Positions 9,149 through 19,082 of a stretch of DNA of 64,000 nucleotides are shown piece by piece. The position numbers and the translations under genes were made by a program. The DNA is taken from NCBI GenBank assembly GCA_965237415.1, contig CBDEFM010000001.1:416001-480000 (forward strand), written 5' to 3'. The notes under the pieces are model-generated. The model saw only the letters and a program-made list of their open reading frames with translations, was not told the DNA's origin and did no database searches. The number at the start of each line of letters is the position of its first letter. Position 1 is the stretch's first letter. Source of the stretch: Alphaproteobacteria bacterium (GTDB lineage: Bacteria; Pseudomonadota; Alphaproteobacteria; UBA828).

Positions 9149-9823
9149 ATGCTCCGCCACCTGTTCGGCGCGAGCGCGACCGCAGAGACGATGCTCGACG
9201 CGATCGCGCGCGATGCGCGGGAGACTGGCGCGCGGACCGGACGGCCGGTCTTCGGCGACGCTGTCCTCGACGCCATGCGCACGGTGCCGCGCGAGGCCTT
9301 CGTGCCCGAGGCGGAGGCGGCCTTCGCCTACGAGAACAGGCCGCTCCCCATCGGCCACGGCCAGACCATCTCGCAGCCCTTCATTGTCGCCCTGATGACC
9401 GAGCTCCTGGACGTCGAGCCGGGCGCGCGCATCCTGGAAATCGGCACCGGCTGCGGCTACCAGACCGCCATCCTCTGTGAGTTGGGCGCGAGGGTCTGCT
9501 CGGTGGAGGTCGTCGAGCCGCTGGCAACGGCGGCAGCGGCCCGTCTCGCAAAGCTGGGCTATGCGCAGGCCACAGTACGCAGCGGCGACGGTCACGGAGG
9601 CTGGCCGGAGGAGGCCCCCTTCGACGGCATCATCGTCGCCGCGGCGGCGCCTTCCGTGCCGCCGGCGCTGGTGGCGCAGCTAAAGCCCGGCGGTTGCCTG
9701 GTGATCCCCGTCGGCCGCTTCGCCACGACCCAGAGCCTGCAACGCATCCGCAAGCAGGACGACGGCTCAAGCAAAGCGCAGACGGTGCTTCCGGTGGCGT
9801 TCGTCCCGCTGACGCGCGGTTAG
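9149..9823 (+). CDS. pcm: Protein-L-isoaspartate O-methyltransferase (second paralog)
   Basis: PLPIGHGQTISQPFIVALM, ILEIGTGCGYQ, GDGHGGWPEEAPFDGI, VAFVPL. Confidence 0.92.
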   Translation: MLRHLFGASATAETMLDAIARDARETGARTGRPVFGDAVLDAMRTVPREAFVPEAEAAFAYENRPLPIGHGQTISQPFIVALMTELLDVEPGARILEIGTGCGYQTAILCELGARVCSVEVVEPLATAAAARLAKLGYAQATVRSGDGHGGWPEEAPFDGIIVAAAAPSVPPALVAQLKPGGCLVIPVGRFATTQSLQRIRKQDDGSSKAQTVLPVAFVPLTRG

Positions 9824-10506
9824 TTCTCTTCGAAAGGCTCCAGCTCGGCCAGATAGGCCAGCACACGATCGAGCGGCTCGACGTCGCAATACTTCATGTC
9901 GAGGTCGAACAGGTTCCACTCGATCGCGGCAGGCACGCGGTCGCCCACGCATTCGCGAACGATGACGGTGCGGAAGCCCTCGCCGAGCGCATCCTCCACC
10001 GTGTGCCTGACGCAGCTCGCCATGGTGACGCCGGTGCAGATCAGCGTGTCGATGCCACCGGCGCGCAGGATGCCGCCGAGATGAGTGCCGGCGAAGGCGC
10101 TCGGCCGCTTCTTGACGATCAGCGTATCGACGCCTTCCTCGAGCGGCACGCGGTCGTCGATCTCGGTCGCGTCCGTGCCCAGCATGAGGTCCTCGAAGGG
10201 CTTCTTGAGCGGGAAGGCCCCCATGTCGAAGCGGCTGCAGAAGGCGGTTGTGGTGTAGATGATGGGCACCTTCTTCGCACGGGCGGCTCTGAGCAGGCGC
10301 TGCACGCCGGGGATGATCCGCTCGTCCATATCCTCGCAGGAGAAGCGGTAGCCCGGTCGGGTCCAGGCGTTGGCGAGGTCGATGTTGAGGAGCGCCGGCC
10401 TCGTGCCGAAGCCCGAGCGCTGGTTCCAGCCGCGCGTCCGATAGAGCCCGGCATCGCCGGAGAATATGGTGTCGAGCGCCTTGCGGACCTTGTCGTCCAG
10501 CGGCAT
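9820..10506 (-). CDS. Isochorismatase-family cysteine hydrolase (maleamate amidohydrolase/N-carbamoylsarcosine amidase-like)
   Basis: GFGTRPALLNID, KKRPSAFAGT, GVTMASCVRHT, RECVGDR; GGAGG RBS. Confidence 0.88.
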   Translation of the reverse strand: MPLDDKVRKALDTIFSGDAGLYRTRGWNQRSGFGTRPALLNIDLANAWTRPGYRFSCEDMDERIIPGVQRLLRAARAKKVPIIYTTTAFCSRFDMGAFPLKKPFEDLMLGTDATEIDDRVPLEEGVDTLIVKKRPSAFAGTHLGGILRAGGIDTLICTGVTMASCVRHTVEDALGEGFRTVIVRECVGDRVPAAIEWNLFDLDMKYCDVEPLDRVLAYLAELEPFEEN

Positions 10507-10552
10507 CGCCGCCTCCCTCATTGTGCGCCCTGCGGCGGGCCGGCGGAGCGGG

Positions 10553-11947
10553 TCAGGCGAGAGGCGGTCGCCGGTCTGCCCAAGGCGCCGCCTCCTCGAA
10601 CGCCGCGGCGGCGCGCAGAATGTCCACCTCACTGTTGATGCCGGCCACCATCTGCAGGCCGACCGGGAGACCTGATGCGGTGAAGCCCGCCGGGATCGAA
10701 GCCGCCGGCTGGCCGGTCAGGTTGAACGGATAGGTGTAGTAGACCCAGGAGACGATGTTGCGGGCTCCCAGCCCCGGCGGCGTGTCGTGGCCCACGTCGA
10801 AGGCGGCGCAAGGCAACGTCGGCGAGAGCAGCAGGTCGTAGCGCTCGAAGAACTGACGCATCTTCTCGCGGAAGTCGTAGCGGGCGAAGACCTGGGTGAA
10901 GAATTCCACCGTGGAGCGGTCGAGCCCGGCGCTGAGCGTCGCCACCACGGCGGAGTCGAGCTCATCCGGCCGCTCGGCCATCAGGTCCTTCAGCTTGGTG
11001 CCGATGCCGCCGTAGAACTCCGCCATCCAGATCTCGACCGGGTCCGTGCCGAGCGCATCCTCGACCAGCTCGACGGTGCAGCCCAGCGCCTCGAAGCGCT
11101 TGGCGGCAGCCTCGCAGAGGGCCGATACCTCGGGCTCGGGCTGTGCGTAGCCCAAGGTCGGGCTCCAGGCGATGCGCAAGCCCTCCACGCCCGCATCGCA
11201 GGCGGCGAGGAAATCCGGCGTGAGCTCGGCGACACCGAAGGCATCGCGGCGGTCGTGGCCTGCCATGACTCCGAGCAGGAGCGCGGCATCCCGCACCGTG
11301 CGCGCGATCGCGCCCACATGGGCGAGCGTCGGCGCCGCCGAGACCGGGAAGATCGGCACCCGGCCGAACTGCGCCTTGATGCCGAAGAGGCCGCAGAGCG
11401 CAGAGGGGATGCGCACGGAGCCGCCGCCGTCGGTGCAGAGCGCGAACGGCGTGAGCCCAGCGGCGACGCTCGCACCCGCGCCCCCGCTGGAGCCGCCGGA
11501 CGTCTTCGTCAGGTCCCACGGGTTGCGGGTGATCCCGGTGAGCGGGCTGTCGCAAACCGCCTTGCAGCCGAACTCGCTGGTGGTCGACTTGCCGATGATG
11601 CAGCCGCCAGCCGCTCTGACCCGCTCCACCGAGGGCGCGTCGAAGTCGACCACGTTGTTCGCGAAGGGCCGGGAGCCGAAGGTCCAGGGCACGCCCGCCA
11701 TCGCCACCAGGTCCTTGACCGAGACAGGCAAGCCCGCAATCGCACCCCCCCCGCCCGCCGCGATCGCGCGTTCCTGATCGCGCGCTGCGGCCAGCGCCAC
11801 CTCCGGCGTGCGGTTGACGAAGGCGTTGATCTGGGGCTCCAGCGCCTCTTGCCGGCTGAGCGTGTCCTCGACCAGTTCCACCGGCGAGATGCTGCGCGCC
11901 GCCAGCAGGCCCTTGAGTTCGAGCGCCGTCATGTAGGCGAAGCTCAT
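10553..11947 (-). CDS. Amidase-signature family amidase
   Basis: VSVKD, SGGSSGG, TDGGGSVRIPS. Confidence 0.93.
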   Translation of the reverse strand: MSFAYMTALELKGLLAARSISPVELVEDTLSRQEALEPQINAFVNRTPEVALAAARDQERAIAAGGGGAIAGLPVSVKDLVAMAGVPWTFGSRPFANNVVDFDAPSVERVRAAGGCIIGKSTTSEFGCKAVCDSPLTGITRNPWDLTKTSGGSSGGAGASVAAGLTPFALCTDGGGSVRIPSALCGLFGIKAQFGRVPIFPVSAAPTLAHVGAIARTVRDAALLLGVMAGHDRRDAFGVAELTPDFLAACDAGVEGLRIAWSPTLGYAQPEPEVSALCEAAAKRFEALGCTVELVEDALGTDPVEIWMAEFYGGIGTKLKDLMAERPDELDSAVVATLSAGLDRSTVEFFTQVFARYDFREKMRQFFERYDLLLSPTLPCAAFDVGHDTPPGLGARNIVSWVYYTYPFNLTGQPAASIPAGFTASGLPVGLQMVAGINSEVDILRAAAAFEEAAPWADRRPPLA

Positions 11948-11972
11948 CGCGGACTCCTGTTCGGATGGATGT

Positions 11973-13046
11973 TCAGATGGCGCCGAGGCCGCGGTCGAGC
12001 ACGGTTTCCCGCCTGGCTACGCAGGCCGCGAAGCGCGCCTGCATCGCAGCCGCATCGAGATCGCGGCCGATCACAACGATCCGGGTCTCGACTTCGCCGC
12101 GCGGCCACGATTCCGCATAGGTCGGCGGGCTGAAGGTGGCCTGCACGCCCTGGATGATGACCGGCTTCTCGACATTCTGGAAATGCACCAGGCCCTTCAC
12201 GCGGAAGAGGTCCTCGCCCTTCTCCTGCGCCAGCTCCAGGAAGAAGCGGAGCAGCGCGTTCCACTCCAGCGGCTCGCGGCTCTGCAGGCAGACGGCGCCG
12301 ACGCCCGGCGTATGGACATGATCGTCGTGGGCATGGTCGGTGAGGGCCGGCTGATCGGCGCCGATCCAGGCACCCACCATGTCGTCGCGCCGCTTGGGCT
12401 CGAAGAGGTCGAGGTCCAACAGGCGGTCGATGGGGAGCGCGCCATGCGTGGTGACTTCCTTGACCGAGAAGGGGCTGAGGCGCTCGACCGCCGCCACGGC
12501 GTCTGCGAACTCGTCGTCGTCCACCAGGTCGCGCTTGTTGAAGATCAACTTGTCGGCGATCGCGATCTGCTTCTCCGCCTCCGGCGAGCGCGCAATCTGG
12601 CCAATCACATGTTTCAGGTCGACCACCGTCAGCACCGCGTCGAGGCGGAAGGTGAGATCGAGCTTCATGTCGGTGTAGAAGAGCCGGGCCAGCGGCGAGG
12701 GATCGGCGATTCCCGTGGTCTCGATCACGATCTTGTCGAAGTCCACCCGGGGCTCGGCCAGGCCCACCTTGCGCAGGAAGAGCCGGTTGAGCCCGTCCAT
12801 CAAATCGCCCTGGGCCGCACAGCAGATGCAGCCGTTGGTGAGCTCCAGCATGTCCTCGTTGGCGCGGGCGATCAGGTCGCCGTCGATCCCGATCTCGCCG
12901 AACTCGTTGACGATAACCGCGATCTTGCCGGCATCGGGCGCGCTGAGGAGCCGGTTGACGAGCGTGGTCTTGCCGGCGCCGAGGAAACCCGTCAGCAGCG
13001 TGATGGGGATGCGCTCGTCGACCGAGCGATTGTCGATGCGGGTCAT
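11973..13046 (-). CDS. COG0523/CobW family metallochaperone GTPase
   Basis: TGFLGAGKTT, NEFGEIGIDG, GCICC, ETTGIADP, NKRD, short His-rich linker, FRVKG. Confidence 0.93.
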   Translation of the reverse strand: MTRIDNRSVDERIPITLLTGFLGAGKTTLVNRLLSAPDAGKIAVIVNEFGEIGIDGDLIARANEDMLELTNGCICCAAQGDLMDGLNRLFLRKVGLAEPRVDFDKIVIETTGIADPSPLARLFYTDMKLDLTFRLDAVLTVVDLKHVIGQIARSPEAEKQIAIADKLIFNKRDLVDDDEFADAVAAVERLSPFSVKEVTTHGALPIDRLLDLDLFEPKRRDDMVGAWIGADQPALTDHAHDDHVHTPGVGAVCLQSREPLEWNALLRFFLELAQEKGEDLFRVKGLVHFQNVEKPVIIQGVQATFSPPTYAESWPRGEVETRIVVIGRDLDAAAMQARFAACVARRETVLDRGLGAI

Positions 13047-13078
13047 CGGCGCCTCACCCGGAGCCAAGCGCCGGAGGG

Positions 13079-13783
13079 CTAATCGTCGAGGATCGCCCAG
13101 GCGCGGACCGGCGCGCCGCTGCCGTTGCCGATTTTGATCGGGGGCCCATAGAACATGAACTCGCCCTTGCCGACCAGCTCCTCGAGATTGATCAGCCATT
13201 CATAGTGGGCGATGCCTCGATCGCGGCAGACCCGGTGGTTGGGGAAGAGATTGTTCGACGGCTTGTCCGTTGACGGGCCTTCGACCCCATGCATCTTGGA
13301 GCCCCTGTCGGCGAGCCAATGGGTCGCTGCTGCGGTGATGCCGGGGTTGCTCCACACCGATTTCACGTCGGGGTAGTGGCGGTTGTGGAGGCCTGTATTG
13401 AGCAGCACGATATGGCCGTCCACCTTGACGCCACCTTTCTCCTCCCCCTCCTCGAAATCGGCCACGTCGATATCGCCGAGATCGGGGATGTGGGTGAGAT
13501 CCCAGCACACCGCCTTGCCCATGAACATGTCGAGCGGCATCCGGTCCACCGACAGGCCCTCGGGATTAACATGGTAGAAGGCGTCCACATGGGTGCCGAT
13601 GTGGTCGATCATGCCCATGTAGGTGGTCGCGAAGGAGAGCCTGTCGTCCTCCGTGCCTAAGAAGAACTGCTCGCGGGTCTGGGCGTGGGTGTAGTGGGGC
13701 ACGATGACCGGGCGCTGAAACAGCTTGTGCGCCGGCATGTTGTCGGTCAGCGTCAACGTCAGGTCCACCATCCGCTCAGCCAT
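13079..13783 (-). CDS. Cyclase-family (kynurenine formamidase-like) metal hydrolase
   Basis: HIGTHVDAFYH motif; EWLINL; GSGAPVRA. Confidence 0.88.
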   Translation of the reverse strand: MAERMVDLTLTLTDNMPAHKLFQRPVIVPHYTHAQTREQFFLGTEDDRLSFATTYMGMIDHIGTHVDAFYHVNPEGLSVDRMPLDMFMGKAVCWDLTHIPDLGDIDVADFEEGEEKGGVKVDGHIVLLNTGLHNRHYPDVKSVWSNPGITAAATHWLADRGSKMHGVEGPSTDKPSNNLFPNHRVCRDRGIAHYEWLINLEELVGKGEFMFYGPPIKIGNGSGAPVRAWAILDD

Positions 13784-13965
13784 CCCCGGATCTCCCTTCT
13801 CGTTCCACACGGCGACCACGCGCGCGGCCTGCAGCTTACCAGCGGCATCCACAGCGCGCCACAGCGCGACTGTCAACACGGCATTTCGGCGCACGCGCAT
13901 CGCGGCTTGTGTTTGGCGAGAGGCTAGCTACCCTCGCCCTCGGTCGCCGCCGAAGGGAGCACGTG

Positions 13966-14964
13966 ATGTACAGAACCAGCGACGGGGAGGAGTTGTTTGT
14001 CGTCGACGGGCACACCCATTTCTGGGATGCCGCGCCGGCAAACCAGCGCAATATCCACGGCAAGCAGTTCATCGATTGCTTCTACGCCTACCACAGCGCG
14101 CTCAGCCCCGAGCAGGAAGTCTGGCCCAAGGAGAAGTTCGAGAAGTACGACGCGGAGACGATGGTCCGCGACCTCTTCGTCGACGGGCCGGTGGACATGG
14201 CGATCATCCAGCCGACCTATCTCAAGGAGTTCTACATCGAGGGCTTCAACACCACGGAGCAGAACGCCGTCATCACCCGGCAGCACCCGGACCGCTTCAT
14301 CCTCAACGGCTCGTTCGATCCGCGCGAGGGTACCGCGGCGCTGGAGAACATCCACGCGCTGAAGGAGACGTATGGAATCAGGGGCGTTAAGCTCTACACC
14401 GCGGAATGGCGCGGCGCATCGCGCGGCTGGCGGCTCAACGACACCGATGCCTATCGCTGCTTCGAGCTCTGCGAGAAGCTCGGCATCACCAACATACACG
14501 TCCACAAGGGGCCGACCATCACGCCGCTGGCCAAGGACGCCTTCGACTGCCACGACGTGGATTATGCGGCGACCGACTTCCCCAACCTCAATTTCATCGT
14601 GGAGCATGTCGGGCTGCCGCGCCTCGACGACTTCTGCTGGATTGCCGTGCAGGAGGCGAACGTCTGGGGCGGGCTTGCGGTGGTGATGCCCTTCATGCAC
14701 GCGCGCCCGCGCTATTTCGCCGAGGTGATTGCGGAGCTTCTGTTCTGGGTGGGCGAGGACAAGCTGACCTTCGCGAGCGACTACGCCATCTGGACCCCGA
14801 AGTGGCTGGTGGAGAAGTTCTGGGCCTTCGAGCTGCCGGACGACATCAAGCAGGAGCGCGGCGTCGACCTCACGCCGGAGGTCAAGAAGAAGATTCTCGG
14901 GCTCAACGCCGCCCGGCTCTACGACATCGATATCGACGCGGCCAAGGCAAAGCTTTGGAGCTAG
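13966..14964 (+). CDS. Amidohydrolase_2 family protein (type found in propane/SDIMO monooxygenase clusters)
   Basis: DGHTH, KLYTAEW, HVHKGP, VEHVGLPR, FASDYAIW. Confidence 0.85.
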   Translation: MYRTSDGEELFVVDGHTHFWDAAPANQRNIHGKQFIDCFYAYHSALSPEQEVWPKEKFEKYDAETMVRDLFVDGPVDMAIIQPTYLKEFYIEGFNTTEQNAVITRQHPDRFILNGSFDPREGTAALENIHALKETYGIRGVKLYTAEWRGASRGWRLNDTDAYRCFELCEKLGITNIHVHKGPTITPLAKDAFDCHDVDYAATDFPNLNFIVEHVGLPRLDDFCWIAVQEANVWGGLAVVMPFMHARPRYFAEVIAELLFWVGEDKLTFASDYAIWTPKWLVEKFWAFELPDDIKQERGVDLTPEVKKKILGLNAARLYDIDIDAAKAKLWS

Positions 14965-14974
14965 GGCGCGGGCG

Positions 14975-15739
14975 GTGAACGGGCAAGAACAGGCGCGCGA
15001 CGCCGGCCGCGAGGCCGAGGTCCGGGCGCGGCTCGCCACCGTCACCGACCCCGAGCTCGACGAGCCGGTGACCGAACTCGGTTTCGTGGAGGCGGTGACG
15101 GTCGCAGCAGACGGCGCCGTCGCCATCGACTTCCGCCTGCCAACCTACTGGTGTGCCGCGAACTTCGCCTACATGATGGCCGAAGACATGCGCGACGCGG
15201 TCGCCACGCTGCCGTGGGTGACGGGTGTCGTCCCCCGCCTGCATGCGCACATGTGCGCAGATCAGGTCAATCGGGGGGTCGCCGAGGGCCTCGATTTCGG
15301 CGCCGCCTTCGGCGAGGCGGGAGAAGACGACGCTCTCGCCAGCCTGCGCACGACCTTTCGGCGCAAGGCGTTTCAGGGGCGGCAAGAGGCGCTGCTGCGT
15401 GCCCTGTTGGCGCAAGGCCTGGCCAAGTCCGTGCTGGCGGCGATGACCGTTCAGGCGCTGGAAGGCACCGCCATCGCCGGGGCCGAGGGCGCCGGCCTGA
15501 AACGCCGCTACCTGGAGATCAGAGCCCGCGTCGCCGGCCCGGCAGGCGCGGACGCGCTGGCGTTCGTCAAGCCCGACGGCGCACCGCTCTCTGAATCCGG
15601 CTTCGACGAGCATCTGCGCACACTCGCCAGCGTTCGCATCGCCATGGATTTCAACGGCGCACTCTGCCGCAGCCTGCTCGCCGCCCGCGACCGCGCCTCC
15701 GGAGCGACGCAGCCCGAGGGCGACACACTCCAGTCATAG
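14975..15739 (+). CDS. DUF59/PaaD-like metal-sulfur cluster assembly protein
   Basis: VTDPELDEPVTELGFV, RLPTYWCAANF. Confidence 0.85.
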   Translation: MNGQEQARDAGREAEVRARLATVTDPELDEPVTELGFVEAVTVAADGAVAIDFRLPTYWCAANFAYMMAEDMRDAVATLPWVTGVVPRLHAHMCADQVNRGVAEGLDFGAAFGEAGEDDALASLRTTFRRKAFQGRQEALLRALLAQGLAKSVLAAMTVQALEGTAIAGAEGAGLKRRYLEIRARVAGPAGADALAFVKPDGAPLSESGFDEHLRTLASVRIAMDFNGALCRSLLAARDRASGATQPEGDTLQS

Positions 15740-15792
15740 CCAGTACCGACGTGCGGCAGCCGAACCCGGCTGCCGGTGCTTGCGGTCGGTCG

Positions 15793-17118
15793 TCAGGCCT
15801 GATCGAGGGCCTGATCGAGGTCGGCGATGATGTCGGCGATGCTCTCGATACCGACGGAGAGACGCACCACGTCCGGCCCGGCACCGGACTTGGTCTTCTG
15901 CTCGTCGGTGAGCTGGCGGTGCGTGGTGGACGCCGGGTGGATGATGAGGCTCCGCGTGTCGCCGATATTGGCGAGATGCGAGAACATGTTCACCGCATCG
16001 ACCACCTTGAGGCCCGCTTCGTAACCGCCCTTGGCGCCGAAGGTGAAGACAGCGCCGGCGCCGCGCGGCAGATACTGCTGGGCAAGTGCGTAATAGCGGC
16101 TCGATTCGAGCCCGGCATAGGAGACCCAAGAGACCTTGGGATGCCCCTCCAGATAGCGGGCGACCGCGAGCGCGTTGGAGCAGTGGCGCTCCATGCGGAG
16201 CGGCAGGGTCTCAACCCCCTGCAGGAGGTTCCAGGCCGCCTGCGCCGCCATGCAGGGGCCGTAATCCCTGAGCGCCACGGCGCGCACCTTCATGGTGAAG
16301 CCGAAATCGCCGAAGGTCTCGGCGAAGGTGAGGCCGTGATAGGCCGGGTCCGGCTTCGTCATGCTCGGGAACTTGTCGTTCTGCCACCAGTCGAAGCGGC
16401 CGGATTCGACGACCATGCCGCCCATGGTGTTGCCGTGGCCGCCGATGAACTTCGTGGTCGAGTGAACCACGAGATCGGCGCCGTGCTCGAAGGGCCGGCA
16501 GAGATAGGGCGAGGCGAGCGTGTTGTCGACGATGAGCGGCACACCGTGGCGCTTCGCGACCTCTGCGATCGCTTCGAGATCGAGCACGATGCCGCCGGGG
16601 TTGGCCAGTCCCTCGCAGAAGATGAACTTGACCTTGTCGGTCATCGCCCGCTCGATATTTTCCGGCTCCGTCATGTCGACGAAATGGCAGGTCCAGCCGA
16701 GCTTCTTGAAGCTCACGCCGAACTGGGTGAGCGAGCCGCCATAGAGATTGTTGGACGAGATGAACTCGTCGCCGCTCTCCAGCAGCGTCGCGCCCACCAG
16801 AAACTGGGCCGCATGGCCGGTCGATGCCGCCACGGCACCGCGCCCGTTCTCCAGCGCCGCGACCCGCTCCTCGAGCACGGCGACGGTGGGGTTTGTGATG
16901 CGCGAATAGATGTAGCCGAAGGCCTGTAGATTGAAGAGCTCGGCCGCGTGGTCGGCATCGTCGAAGGCATACGACGTGGTCTGGTAGATGGGCGTGGACC
17001 GCGCGCCGGTGACCGGATCGGGCCGCGCGCCGGCGTGAACCGCCAGCGTTTCCATGCCGTATTCGTGCTGCGGCGCGGCCTCGGCGGCCTGCGCTTTGAG
17101 GGGTTGCAGCTCGTTCAT
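15793..17118 (-). CDS. metY: O-acetylhomoserine aminocarboxypropyltransferase
   Basis: PIYQTTSY, YSRITNPT, HSTTKFIGGHG (PLP Lys), HLANIGD, HPASTTH. Confidence 0.93.
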   Translation of the reverse strand: MNELQPLKAQAAEAAPQHEYGMETLAVHAGARPDPVTGARSTPIYQTTSYAFDDADHAAELFNLQAFGYIYSRITNPTVAVLEERVAALENGRGAVAASTGHAAQFLVGATLLESGDEFISSNNLYGGSLTQFGVSFKKLGWTCHFVDMTEPENIERAMTDKVKFIFCEGLANPGGIVLDLEAIAEVAKRHGVPLIVDNTLASPYLCRPFEHGADLVVHSTTKFIGGHGNTMGGMVVESGRFDWWQNDKFPSMTKPDPAYHGLTFAETFGDFGFTMKVRAVALRDYGPCMAAQAAWNLLQGVETLPLRMERHCSNALAVARYLEGHPKVSWVSYAGLESSRYYALAQQYLPRGAGAVFTFGAKGGYEAGLKVVDAVNMFSHLANIGDTRSLIIHPASTTHRQLTDEQKTKSGAGPDVVRLSVGIESIADIIADLDQALDQA

Positions 17119-17666
17119 GCGTTGAGCGGCCTTGCCCGCTTGGCGGAAATGATCCGCGAGTTGATGCCGCTCCAGCTCAACTCGCCCGAGAGCCGGGCGA
17201 ACTCGATCTTGGGGCAGCGGTTCATGACGACCGTGAGCCCGGTCTCTTCAGCGAGCTGCGCGGCGTGGTCGTTGCGCACCGTGAGCTGCATCCACAGCAC
17301 CTCGACGCCCTTCTCGTCCTTGTTCGCGATCACGTCCTTGGTGATATCCAGCGCCTCCTCCGAGGTGCGGAAGATATCCACCATGTCGAGCTTATCGGGA
17401 CATTCCGCGATGCTGCCATAAACGGTCTCGCCCAGGATCGTCTCCCCGGCCCGGGTGGGATTGATCGGGATCACCCGATAACCCTTCTTGGTCAGGTACT
17501 TCATCGCGTAGAAGCTGGGCCGGCGCCACTGGGTGCTGGCACCCACCATGGCGAAGGTCTTGACCCGGCGCAGAATTCGCCGCAGGTGATCGTCGGTGTA
17601 GCCGTCGTGCTGCGGCAGGAAGACGAGTGGGTGCCCGTCCGTCGACTTGATCGCGACATCGACCAT
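17115..17666 (-). CDS. CoA-binding protein (YccU-like)
   Basis: AMVGAS, GYRVIPINP, DMVDIFR, LWMQL, MNRCPKIE; ATGA-coupled to metY. Confidence 0.88.
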   Translation of the reverse strand: MVDVAIKSTDGHPLVFLPQHDGYTDDHLRRILRRVKTFAMVGASTQWRRPSFYAMKYLTKKGYRVIPINPTRAGETILGETVYGSIAECPDKLDMVDIFRTSEEALDITKDVIANKDEKGVEVLWMQLTVRNDHAAQLAEETGLTVVMNRCPKIEFARLSGELSWSGINSRIISAKRARPLNA

Positions 17667-17819
17667 TGTGAGAGTTCCGTAAGGCCAGCGGGAGCGCGGG
17701 AGGCGCACAAGTAGCCCCCGCGCCCCGGCCAGTCAAGGCGCGCACGACGCATGCGGCGGCGCCGATGCCGCGGCCGTGAGTGACACGGAAGGACGGTTAC
17801 TGTATTCGGGCATCGACAC

Positions 17820-19070
17820 ATGAAGAAGTTCTCGATCTTCAGCCTGGCGCGCAACGCGCTGAGCCATCACGAGCGCTGGCCGGAGCAGTGGCGGAGCCCC
17901 GCACCGAAGCCGGCCTACGATGTCGTCATCATCGGCGCCGGCGGGCATGGGCTCGCCACCGCCTACTACCTCGCCAGCCTCCACGGCATTACCGATGTCG
18001 CGGTGCTGGAGAAGGGCTGGCTCGGCGGCGGCAACACCGGGCGCAACACCACGGTGATCCGCTCCAACTACCTGTGGGACGAAAGCGCCGCGCTCTACGA
18101 GCATTCGCTGAAGCTCTGGGAGGGGCTGGCACAGGAGCTCAACTACAACCTGATGTTCAGCCAGCGCGGCGTGCTGAACCTGATCCACAATGTCCACGAC
18201 CTGCAGGAGGCGACCCGGCGGGTCAACGCCAACCGGCTCAACGCTGTCGACGGCGAGCTCTTGTCCACGGAAGAGGTCAAGGCATTCTGCCCGATCCTCA
18301 ACACCTCGCCGAACACGCGCTACCCAATTTTGGGCGGCACCCTGCAGCGGCGGGGTGGCAATGCGCGCCATGACGCCGTCGCCTGGGGCTTCGCCCGGGC
18401 GGCGGACGCTCGGGGCGTGGATATCATCCAGAACTGCGAGGTCACCGGCATCGATGTCGAGGCCGGCCGGGTGACCGGGGTGCAGACCACCCGGGGCGCG
18501 ATTGCCGCGCGCAAGATCGGCATCGTTGTCGCGGGCCACAGCTCGGTGCTGGCCCAGATGGCGGGCTTTCGCCTGCCAATTGAGAGCCATCCCCTGCAGG
18601 CGCTGGTCTCCGAGCCGCTCAAGCCGGTGCTGCACTGCGTCATCATGTCGATCGGCGTGCACGTCTACGTCAGCCAGTCGGACAAGGGCGAGCTCGTGAT
18701 CGGCGCGGGCCTCGACCCGCCCAACTCCTACAGCCAGCGCGGCGGCCTGCACACCATCGAGGACCAGATTGGGGCGCTGGTCGAGCTGATCCCGATCTTC
18801 AGCCGGGTGCGCATGATGCGCTCGTGGGCCGGGATCGTGGATGTCTGCCCCGACGCCTCGCCCGTCATCGGCAAGACCCCCGTGGACGGGCTCTTCATCA
18901 ACGGCGGCTGGGGCACAGGCGGCTTCAAGGCGACGCCGGGCTCCGGCTGGGTGTTGGCGCATACCATCGCGACCGGCGAGCCGCACCCGCTCAACGCGCC
19001 TTTCGCCCTCGACCGCTTCACCTCGGGCGCGCTGATCGACGAGCACGCGGCGGCGGCCGTGGCGCACTAG
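17820..19070 (+). CDS. soxB: Sarcosine oxidase beta subunit
   Basis: [50 protein letters not shown]. Confidence 0.96.
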   Translation: MKKFSIFSLARNALSHHERWPEQWRSPAPKPAYDVVIIGAGGHGLATAYYLASLHGITDVAVLEKGWLGGGNTGRNTTVIRSNYLWDESAALYEHSLKLWEGLAQELNYNLMFSQRGVLNLIHNVHDLQEATRRVNANRLNAVDGELLSTEEVKAFCPILNTSPNTRYPILGGTLQRRGGNARHDAVAWGFARAADARGVDIIQNCEVTGIDVEAGRVTGVQTTRGAIAARKIGIVVAGHSSVLAQMAGFRLPIESHPLQALVSEPLKPVLHCVIMSIGVHVYVSQSDKGELVIGAGLDPPNSYSQRGGLHTIEDQIGALVELIPIFSRVRMMRSWAGIVDVCPDASPVIGKTPVDGLFINGGWGTGGFKATPGSGWVLAHTIATGEPHPLNAPFALDRFTSGALIDEHAAAAVAH

Positions 19071-19082
19071 AGGCCTGGCGGG

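Noticed and set aside
17666-17820. SAM or glycine riboswitch between the metY operon and soxB
   Set aside because: No consensus motifs found by eye
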